A stretch of 63,927 nucleotides of DNA, counting the filler, from Guillardia theta CCMP2712 (taxonomy: Eukaryota; Protista; Cryptophyta): assembly GCF_000315625.1 (NCBI RefSeq). It is 6 parts of 6 records of this genome, joined end to end, with 100 filler letters (N's around TTAATTAATTAA, not from the genome) between each part and the next. Parts side by side here need not be neighbours in the genome. Positions count along the whole stretch, not along the records: positions 30,907 to 38,588 come from NW_005434236.1; positions 38,689 to 62,730 come from NW_005434625.1; 4 more parts are not named here. One strand, written 5' to 3'. Below are positions 33,905 to 44,301 of this stretch, piece by piece. Each line of letters opens with the position of its first letter. Position 1 is the stretch's first letter. The notes below the pieces were generated by a model. It was not told the origin of the DNA. It made no database searches and saw only the letters and a program-made list of their open reading frames with translations. The translations under genes and the position numbers were made by a program.

Positions 33905-34580
33905 TCTCCTTACCATTCTCATAAGAAAATTTAGCAGAAATTAACAAGGGTCGCAAAAGGCCTGTGAGCGAAGCGAAACTGGCCGAACATGCGCAGCATG
34001 TTACTATCATGCCCTCACTAGATCTATACATATCCCTATCATGCCCTCACTAGATCTATATAGTACATATCCCTCTCATGCCCTCACTAGATCTATACAT
34101 ATCCCTCTCATGTCCTCACTAGATCTATACATATCCCTCTCATGTCCTCACTAGATCTATACATATCCCTCTCATGCCCTCACTAGATCTATACATATCC
34201 CTCTCATGCCCTCACTAGATCTATACATATCCCTCTCATGTCCTCACTAGATCTATACATATCCCTCTCATGTCCTCACTAGATCTATACATATCCCTCT
34301 CATGCCCTCACTAGATCTATACATATCCCTCTCATGTCCTCACTAGATCTATACATATCCCTCTCATGCCCTCACTAGATCTATACATATCCCTCTAACA
34401 TCCCTCTCAATCTTCTCATATTCATATTCTTCATCTCCCTTACCATTCTCGTAAGAAAATTAAAACAAAAATAATAAATGTCGCCTAAGGCCTGTGAGCG
34501 AAGCGAAACTGGCCGAACATGATGCGCAGCAGCATGTTAATCTCATGCCCACACTACATCCTATATATATCCCTCTCACA
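33905..34580. repeat. Duplicated unit with GCGAAGC hairpin (530-bp offset) bracketing a minisatellite
   Basis: TTACCATTCTC.TAAGAAAATT..AAGGCCTGTGAGCGAAGCGAAACTGGCCGAACATG occurs twice, with hairpins at 33959 and 34489. Confidence 0.85.
34008..34396. repeat. Minisatellite, 12 copies of 32-bp CATG(C/T)CCTCACTAGATCTATACATATCCCTCT
   Basis: Head-to-tail copies without spacers; the second copy has a 5-bp insertion. Confidence 0.95.
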
Positions 34581-35271
34581 TCCCCGAACCCTATCAATCA
34601 TCCCCTTTTTCTTTTATCTTACCCTAACTTTATTCCCTTACAGCCTACTTTCTCCAACTCAAATACTATCCTTGGAAATCAAACGCAGTAATAGAAAAAA
34701 ATATTTTTTTGCATGTTAAAACACTTTTTATATCACTAAAAAGTTTATAACAATGTAAAGAGTCTTTCTCTCAAACTTTCATTGAAGTTTGAGAGTGGAA
34801 GGCTTCAGGGCTGGTTCTGGACTTCACGACTCTGATGATGACTCATCCGAGGCTGCGCTCTCTCTGGCCCGGTACCTGGCGGATCACCATGGACTCGGGA
34901 GCTACGCTGACAGCGGAGTGGGATGGATCGGCATCTGTGCTCAAGAGGCGGTGTATGGGGACCCTGGCTTTCATCGTTTGCGTGCTCGTCTGTTTCGGCA
35001 GTATCATGACTCATCGCTCGGAGTCTCGCATGGGTCTTGCTGTCCTCCTCGCAGGAGCCTTGCGCTACTGCTCATTGTCCTGATCCTTGTTCCCCTGCTT
35101 GTCGTGCATGCCGTCGCTTGCCGCGCGTGGTTGGAGTAGCGGTTTTGCTGCCTCCTCCGTTTCCTAGTGTTTTATTGAGGCGGGTTTGTTGCATAAAAAG
35201 TTATCCTCGTTTCAGTACCCTGTCGGCTGGTAGGCTCAGAGGACCAAGAAAGAGGGTGGGGTACTCGCACC

Positions 35272-35979
35272 ATGCTGAAACTGGTTGCCTTGCTTCTGCC
35301 CCTGGTCGCCGTCGCCACGACCTTGGACGCCCCTGCCTGTCTGAGCAAAGCTTCAGAGGGAGCTGCAAGTGTAAGAGACCGATCGATGAGATGCCTCCGC
35401 CGAGCACAGAAGGTGCTGCAAACTGATGCCGTGAACGAGGACGTCTGTATTCTCGCGATGGAGATACGGAAATGTGAGATGGAGATGGAGAAGCTGAAGC
35501 ATGACAAGGACATGAAGATGAGGAGGCTTCAGACGAAGATGAAGAGGATGAGGCATGAGAGGGACAATGAAAAACGGGTCGCCAACTACTACAGGTGGCG
35601 GCTATCCTCGGCCACCCAACGGTGAATGTCTTTGCTACGAGCGCCTGCTGCTGACGGATCTAGCAGAAATGTGCTGGAGTGTCTGTTGAGCGAAGCCGTG
35701 GACATGGCGGCGAGCAGGAAGAAGGAGATCAAGTCTGTGCTGGAGGCATTACCTGCGAAGCAAGTGAAGGAGATGCGGGAGGGGATGCTATCCCTGGTTG
35801 TGATGTACCAGCATCTCGTCAACAACGACGAGCTTCGACGGGCCGTGTTGGGGGAGATCGGCATACCCGAAGATGTCGTCATGCCTCAGCTCCGCGGCTC
35901 CGCGCATGTGCATGGACCTGTGCTGGAGTATGTGCAGCATTACCGTGCATCATTGGGGAGGAGGCTCAGAATCCAGTGA
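35272..35979 (+). CDS. Hypothetical signal-peptide coiled-coil protein (two exons)
   Basis: MLKLVALLLPLVAVA leader and charged coiled coil; a short GT-AG intron at ~35622-35665 joins the two ORFs. Confidence 0.55.
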
Positions 35980-35992
35980 TGGATATTGTTTG

Positions 35993-37583
35993 TCACCTAT
36001 TACTCAGAGGAACATATCTTGGACCATCTGGACTTCCACCGGAACAATAAGTAGCGGATCCTTTGCACAACATCAGTCATTGGATCCGAGTGGATACCAA
36101 ACCATGTACAGTACCTTTTCTTACACTGTGTGACCCGATATTTTGTATGTCTATTCCCAGGAATTTGAAGGCATCTTTCAGATTTTCGTTGTTGCGGAAC
36201 CTGGTGATGATTTTGCTGAAACGGTCGAACTGATTATTGCCCGGGAATAGCTTTCCATGTCCATTATCGTTCATTCCAAAGCAACACCAGTAAATGCCTG
36301 CGTTCACCGGAAGTAATATCAATTCTTAGCGATGTGTACAAACAAATCTTTCACTTACCAAGGGCCAGCAAGGGGCAGATGTCTGGATTTAAAGGATTGG
36401 CGTAAATGTGTTTCCCATCCCGTGGTCGATCTCCTTCCTGATCATTCTTTTGATGAATGATGTAAATTTTGAGCGCATCCTCGAAGAATTCCATATGGTT
36501 GTACAGGATTTTGATTCCATTGTTTGCTCTGCAAATGAGATTCCAGCATATGATGAGCATAGTCCTGAAAAAAATCCATTCTGTGCCTGTTTGCTTCAAA
36601 CTGAAATTCCCTAACATTTTGTATCCTTCGAATGATAATGGGTCCTTCCCACTACTCACTTTAACATCTTTCGTCTCCGATGCACCCTTAGCAACTGTTC
36701 GTTTCACGCCTTTGAAATCCTTCTTCAACGAATTGCTAAGTTCGGAAGGCATTTCGAATCCGTAGTGACGATAAAGATCAAACAGACCAGATCTGTGTCC
36801 TGACAAAGTGCTAAATGCATACGCACCATTCTCAGAGTTTCCACCCGCTTCGCGTTGACTTCTCAAATGCTCAAGCCATGTAATGAAAGCTGTGGATGTA
36901 AATCTACACTTTGGATCGGTTGATTCCTTATTTTCAAAGTCGATGGGTTTGATTTCACGACGCGTTAGGATATCATGCAGCAGATCTTTATCGGGAACGT
37001 AGTGCAATTTCATGATATTCTGTCTTTCCATGAGCTCCCTGAACTCCTTGGTGAGAACTTCTTTTCTGTTGACATAGAGCCATTGCAAAAGACGTATCAT
37101 GGAGCTGGTATACATCTTCCTGCTCTTCTTCGATATCGTATTCTCGCGGATAGCTTCCACTGATGCTTCGAGCGCTGCTTCGTCTTGTACGCGTAAGTTG
37201 TCCCACAGAGCAGACTCAGCTTCTGTAGAAGAACGTTTTCTCTTTGGTCGTGCATTGTTGGGTCTTGCAGCAGCAGTGGGATTTTGAAACATCGAGCTTG
37301 GTCCCTCCATCCCATCATCTAATTGTGACGTGCAAGATGACACTGACATGCCATATCCTTCCGATTCGTCAATTGCTATCGCTGACTGCACATCATCGCT
37401 GGGAGGAGGCGGCGATTGACAACCACAAAATCCAGGATCCTCACTTCGAAAACTGGCACATACTGCATGAAAGTTGCCACCACATTTCCGGCACTTATGT
37501 CCAGTCCCAGTCGCAGGGTTGCATGGAGCTCCCTGTATTCGACATTCGCGTCCAAACAGGCATTCTCCGCTAGTTTCCGCCAT
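35993..37583 (-). mobile_element. Crypton-type (CryptonS-like) tyrosine recombinase, two introns, C-terminally truncated
   Basis: SGHRSGLFDLY, GKDPLSFEGY, CWNLICR (catalytic Arg), KNDQEG, HIYANPLNPDICPLLALG|IYW, GSHSVRKG|SATYCSGGSPDGP (HxxR). Introns 36298-36358 and 36061-36114 restore the frame. The downstream GW and catalytic Tyr segment is not seen. Confidence 0.82.
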
Positions 37584-38302
37584 TTCGTACTTTTTGTTGT
37601 ACCGGGATCAAAGACTTTTGGCCGTACAATATTGGTACAAAATAAAAACATAAAAGATTTGTTATCAAATAGATATCGACCAGAATTCACTCAAAAACTA
37701 TTTATTGGTACTAATATTGGGTACTATAGTTGAAGCGGACATCGGTCCATATCAAATCTCAAAGTAAATACACCCGATGCAATGTATATTTTGTACCCCA
37801 TCATTTGTACTCTCCTGAACTTGACCGGTACTCTGTTAGATCTCTCAAATAAATTTTGAGCTTCTGATATGATCTCTCAACTTGATTCCCATCTGCTTTC
37901 CAACCGTGTAATGGCGCTTCCCTAACTGCATCTCAGACATCAATTTCTTTTTGGTTCGTCTATCTCATGTTAACTTTATTATTATTTTAGCAAGGGAGGC
38001 AAAACAAGGGAAACAATATTTTAATGAACTGCAAGATAAAAATGCACGTATACATGACTCTCAATGACATGCTGACTTTACTACCGAACATTACTTTTGA
38101 AAACTGTCACACATCGTCAGCGGTGAACCTCTTCTTTAAATGACTACCCTCCGAGAGTCATCATCCTCCCTCTCCTCTACTACTACTAGCTAGCTCTAGT
38201 TTTAGGGCCGAGTTTAACGGCTGACAGCGTATCGCGAATCCACGAGCGAACGAACGCTTTTTGACATACGTAGTTTTAACTTTAGGCTCTCTCTCCGCAC
38301 TG

Positions 38303-38457
38303 AGACTTTTAAGTCAACTTTCAAGGTGCATGACAGTTCATGACTCGGCCATGACTCCTCCCAGCGTTTTTTACTCAACAGTACAAGAGTACCAGAAGGG
38401 GTCAGTTGCATTAACTCATTTTTACTGAGATCAGACTTAAAAAAAACACTGGTCAAT
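38303..38457. repeat. Direct repeat copy 2 (right flank), ~80 bp longer internally
   Basis: Matches 33599-33675 in two blocks. Confidence 0.85.
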
Positions 38458-38688
38458 TCAATTCCCTGCAACTTCAAACGCATCCCTCCTGCCCCTCCCT
38501 CCCTCGCTCCCTCCCTCCCTCCCTCCTTTTCTCCCTCCCTCGCACCCTCCCTCCCTCCCTCCCTCCCTCCTTTTCTCCCTCCCTCCCANNNNNNNNNNNN
38601 NNNNNNNNNNNNNNNNNNNNNNNNNNNNNNNNTTAATTAATTAANNNNNNNNNNNNNNNNNNNNNNNNNNNNNNNNNNNNNNNNNNNN

Positions 38689-39302
38689 CCAGGTCATACA
38701 CTCCCAGATCTCTTTGGAAAGGATCATCTCGACCAGGTGACTTGTTGCTCGTCCTCCTCCCCCCCCTCCCGGCGTCTCCTCCTCCCCTCCTTCATGCCCC
38801 CTCGCTCTCTTCTCCTCCCTCTTCTATTCTTCCTTCCTCCCACCCTTGTTTCCTCTCACTCCCTTCCCTTCTACCTTCATCTTCCTTCAGTCTTCATGCC
38901 TGTCCCCCTCAACTTCTGACAGATGGCTCAACGCGCGGAAGTCGAGCTGCGCAAGCTCCGCACGGGGGGCCGAGTGAGGGTTCCTGTCAACAGAACGCAG
39001 GGGAAGGTCGAACTGGGTGGTTGGAACGTGGAGGATGAAACGCTCTTCATGGAAGGGATGTCCAAAGTGAGTGCGAGTGAGCGAGCGAGGAGAGGGAGGG
39101 AGGAGAGGGAGGAAGGGGTGGATGGATAAGGATCACGGATGGAGGGATGGATGGAGGGAGGGAGGGAGGGAGGGGGGGAGAAGGCTGAGGTGAAAAATCA
39201 AAAGGTGCAAGTGCGGAGAGAGGGGAAAGAGGGAGGAAATAGTTTCCCTGACGACTCAGCTGACCTTGCTGGCAGATGCAAAACTTCGATAGTTTCCTCT
39301 GA
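38689..39302 (+). CDS. 3' exons of an unidentified gene
   Basis: GT-AG-bounded segments VIHSQISLERIISTR|MAQRAEVELRKLRTGG..ETLFMEGMSK|MQNFDSFL* following a gap. Confidence 0.45.
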
Positions 39303-39531
39303 TTGTCGTCGTTGAGAGATTCCCATCAATATCTCCCTCATTCTCCTCCTCCTCTTTCACCTTTATCCTCCTTTCCTTCATCTTTCATTCATTGAAAGAC
39401 AAACTACCGCGCACCTCAAATATTCAAAACACGTTAAACATCGCGGACAACGTGTGCCTTTAAACAAGTTCCCGTCTTTGTCCACCTTCTCAGCTCCACC
39501 TCAGCTCTATTTTCTCAGCTTGTTCAGCTCC

Positions 39532-41752
39532 TCAGACCTGATCCTCTCCTGGCCCCACGATCTTCTCCTCTGCCGTGTGCTTGGCAGAGATGATGGAGTT
39601 TGCGAACTTGACAGCAGCGTTGGACGACGGCAGCACCGATCCTTGCTCCACCGAGCCCCTGTAGTGCCGCGATCGCTCCAGATCCAGACGGAGGTGGCTC
39701 GGCACGGAGGCAAACAAAATCTGAAGGAGCGTGAGAGTCAGCGAGCCAAAGAGGGAGGGAGGAGTGGGCTGGGAAAATTACAGGAGGGATAAACAAGGAG
39801 CAGGAGGAGAGGAAACGGGGGCAGGAGGGGAGGGAACGGCAGGTTGGGAAGCAATGAGGGTGAGGACGGGAAAGAGGAGAGGACGGGAGGAGATGGAAAT
39901 AGTCGAAGCAGCACCATGGGGTCGCGGACGTGCTGATAGCCAGCATGTCGGTTCTTGCGCTTGATCCTCCTCACCAGCGTGTCGCAGAGCCTGTCGATGC
40001 CCTCGACCCCGTCCAGGTCGATCTCCGTCAGGTATGTCATGTCGATTACCGCGCCATGGATCTCCGTCTTGCAGAGCTCCGAGATCCTGGTTCCCCTCCT
40101 CACCATCGAGTCCGAGTTGGCGTAGTTGATGGGCCCTGCAAACTTGATGACCAGGAAGGTGAGGTCGATGTCGTCAGACAGGCTCTCGCTCAGCTCCAGG
40201 ACCACGCCTCCCGGAGCCTCGTGCTCGTCCATGGCGAGGTTAAGGAAGGCAAGCAGGGTCCCTGCCAGCAGCCCCTCCACAGGATCTGAGATGAAGCCAA
40301 CCACAGCAGTGAAGATGCAGATAAAGAGATGCTTCTTGTCGTGCAGCCAGAGCTCGTGCAAGAAGTGGAATGGAACCATCCTAACCGCGCTCACTACCAG
40401 CAGGGCGGCCACGGAGGCCAGGGGGAGGTAAGAGAAGGCAGGCATGGTAGCCACGGTGATGATCATCACGATGATAGCATTCATGAATTGCGAGATCTTG
40501 TGGGTGGACCCGTTGAGCTGGTTCACGCTTGCTCGCACGAAGACTCCAGTGGGGGGGAGGCCGGCGAACGCCCCGCACACGAGCTGGGCGAGGGACAGCG
40601 CTCCCAGCTCCTTGGCCTCGTCAAAGTTTCCCAGCTCGTTCTGCTCAGCTCGGATGTCGGCGATCTTGGCGCTGATCAGAGTCTCCAGCACAGACACGAG
40701 GCACACGGAGCCGCATGCAGAGACGAAACCGATGAAGTTCTGTCCGATGGTCGGCAGAGCACCAAGCTGCGGGAGAGAGATGATGTCGTTGGGGAGCTTT
40801 CCGAACTCAGTCTTGAGCATCGGGAGGTCCCACCATCCTCCCTGCTCTACTGCGAACCCCAGCAAGATGGTCGATAACGGTATGATAACCATCCATGGGA
40901 TCTTGGGGTAGAACTTGGTGAGCGTGTAGAGCGCGATCACCTGGGGGAAGAACACCACCATCGAGCCCCACTCTGCTCTGTCCAGGTGAGTGATCGACTC
41001 CCAAAGGCTGTCCACGAAGTGCTCGTGCTTCTCCAGCCCGGTCAGTCCAAGCGCATAGTTGACCTGCTTGAGGCCTATCACAAGCGCCACGGCCACGGTG
41101 AACCCCTCAAACACGCTCTTCGGCATGAACAGCATGTACTTCTGCATCCCCAACCTCAGCATCACTGCGCAGAGCAGGCCGCTCCCGATCGCAATCCATG
41201 GCAGCACCTCGCTCCCGTACTGAGCTGCGTACTTGGACAGCTGCCCCGACAGCGCGCCTGCCGGACCGACGATGTTGTAGGGGGAGGAGGAGAAGATTCC
41301 GCAGATGATTCCTCCCCATACCGCAGTTCGCAGCCCTGCCGTAGGCGAGGATCCGCTTGCAATGCCTAGACCCACAGACAGAGAGACGGACAGGACGGCC
41401 ACCAGGATCGCAGGCTTCAGGTTCTTGAGGATTGCCGTGGTGAGTTGCTCTGGTCCTTCGGTGGTGGACAGGACAATATCCGAGAGCTTCTTGGGCCATT
41501 TGAACTGCTGCTTAGGAGGATGCGAGTGATGTGTCCTGCAAGGCTGTCAGTGAAGGTTCGCAAGAGCAGCAAAGGCTTACAAGTTCGCTTGCTTGCGTTT
41601 TTCCTGCAATACGCAGCAGTGTAAGAATGCTTCAACAGGTCTCCAAAAAATAATACCATGTCCTCCACAAGCTGATCGCTTGAACGCAAGAGGTCGCTGT
41701 CCATGGACTGCAGGCTCGATTCAACCAGATGGAGAGCATGTGCTTGCGTCAT
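39532..41752 (-). CDS. SulP/SLC26 anion transporter with STAS domain (start uncertain)
   Basis: GLRTAVWGGIICGIF..NIVGPAGAL, VFEGFTVAVAL, SVLETLISAKIAD, GAFAGLPPTGVFVRASVN; STAS VIKFAGPINYANS..VIDMTYLTEIDLDG; last exon ILFASVPSHL..EDQV*. Confidence 0.92.
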
Positions 41753-44301
41753 GGTGGTCTTCGATCAGCTGATCAACGGGGGCTTGGTAGTTGGGTTCAG
41801 TCAGAAGAAGGTAGCTTTTCAGTCTGTCAAATGATAATTGTAAGCTAGAGGCTTTGAGAAAGCAACATATCATGCGCTGAAAATTCGAAATGAACACTGC
41901 AACGAAGGGAGGAACGATCTACGACACACTGAATAAAGTTCCCTCCCACATTTGTACAACCATCTAAACTTTTCTGGCCAACATGCGCAGAACGCAATGA
42001 GACAGAGGAACTGAAGTTGAGCAGAACATGCAGAGGACGACATGTTTGTGTGCATGCGCGCATGCGTGCATTGCCGCGACCGATGCGTGTGGTGCGCATG
42101 GCAGTCGCCGGAAGGTTTCAGGAGGCTGATTTATATAGCAGGCATTCAAGGGGGTGGGGGAGTGAGAAGTGGGGGTAGGGGTAAAAAATCCACCCTTTCT
42201 ATGTGGGTGGGGTACCTGGAAACTAGTGAAGAACCGGGTGGTAAAAGAAAGGAAGTTATAGAAAATCAAGGGTCATAGAAGATGTTTGTAGGGGTAGACG
42301 TTGCAAACTGGGGTGATAGAAGAAAGAGGTCGGAGGGTGGGTGGGGGTGAGTGGATTCAATTGGGTATCTTACGGCACATGGGGTCGGGAAACAGGATAG
42401 GAGGTGGGGTGAAGGTTGGGGAATAAGGAGGGTGGGGGTAGGGCTCTTTTGATCCTGCTTGCGAAGGGAAGGGTGGGGTTGTTGCATTCGGTACACTACC
42501 CCCTCGATAAACTACCCACCCCTTCTACATCGCCCATGCAATATCTTGTTTACCAGTCAAACCGGAGGTAGGGTTCCAAACGTGAATCTTTCGTACCCTG
42601 AAGTTAAGTGGTACTGATAATATAAAGGGGGGGTAGGGGTATGAAGGTTGGGGAATTCGCCAGGGGTCCTGTGGTCCATGCATGGTACATGTCACGACCT
42701 ACCCCCCAGAAAATACCCACCCATAGTGATATCACAAAAGACATGCCAAAAATACCGGTACTTTAAGTACCCACCCCTATTCTTCCTCAGGCTAGTCCCC
42801 ACAAGGACTATGAGGGACGGTCACGATACTTTTTTTTTTTGCGGGACCTTCCAAGGCTCATCGGAAGGAGGGGGTGGTTGATGTGGGGTACATTGATCTT
42901 GTGGTCATATGGGGGGTACTTGAAAGTATTTTCCTGGGGTGGCACAAATTACCAGGGGTACAGAACGCCGAAGGAGGTCCCAAATGAGAACTAAAAATGA
43001 TTATAAGAGTTGGTTTCTATTTCTGAACAGGATACTTTTCAGTATTTTTGATCTGATTTGAAGGTCATGACAGTAGTAAAATAGCCGTGATACTGTCAGA
43101 TCACGGCCTTTCCAAGAGGCGCACCAGAGGCTAGGGGGCGCCTAGTTTGACTAAGGGGCCTCAATGAGCCTTAATATTGATTATAATCCCTGCTAGCTCG
43201 TTGCGAGAAATTGACTATAAACCCTATAAGTCTCCTGCTTCAAGGCAAAGGCAAACTTATTGACTATGGCACCTGATAGTAGCATACTGGTCGCCGTAAG
43301 CGACTATGCAAATTTTGACTACCAACCTTCTTATGAATCATCGAGATTTCTTGACTACAAGGCCTACTATGAGGCTCATGACAAATCCCTGGCTCTTGAC
43401 AATAACACTTATAAGCCTCGAGCTTCGGAGGGTCCATAGTCAATCCTTTACCGGGCCCCGGCGGCTTGACTCAGTGACTCACTGAAGCGGCCCTTCGACT
43501 AGAATTGTCCGATCCCTCTAGAATTGAATTGAATCGGAAGCGCCGCCGCCGCTGCCGCGCTAGGCCGCGGGCTACCCGCGGCAGTGCCCGGCCGGCCACC
43601 GGGCTGATCATCGAATGGTAGTTGGTGACACTGTTCAAGCCCGGTGAATAAACTGCCACTGCCGGAGGAAGCCAGTCGGCGGACGCCGGAACAGTACCGG
43701 GTGGCACCATGAAGTTCGGACTCCGGCGCCGAACTTGGCCGGCAAGTGGCCCGGGCCGAACTCAGACGCCGAACTTCGGAAGCCTCAGTTCCGAGTCGCC
43801 GATTTTCATTCAACCGTGAGCCCCGGCCCGTAACGAGTCACACGCTCCTCACGGTGTCATAGTAGTCGCACTCTCAGAGTTGCAGTGCCACAATTCAAAC
43901 TCAACTTGCCTTTTCCACACAATCGCAAGATTCAGCTTAAAATGAGCTTTTACGTAGCCTAGATTGTGCATGCACAATTGAAATCTGCAGAGCTGCTTGA
44001 GTAAAACTTAGTACCACACAAAATTGAATTCTGAGGCTGACGCTCCGAGTTTCAAACTTTGGGAACTTTTCAAACTTTGCCCCCCGAAGTTTTTCAAACT
44101 TTCAAAAAAAGAAGAGGCGGGTACTCTACCCATCAAAGTAAGGGAGATACAGGGGGTAGTGGGTGGTACAAGGACTGAGAATCGGGCTGGCGGGAATGGC
44201 GGAATGGCGGCCCATGATAGGGCAAACGTAAGTACCATGCAGCAGAAACAGCAAGAGGTGCTGTGGAACTTGTTTTTCATTGTATCTTGGTCCTGTTGAT
44301 C

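Noticed and set aside
34008-34396. 32-bp repeats as a CRISPR array
   Set aside because: Contiguous units without unique spacers, no cas genes, eukaryotic context.
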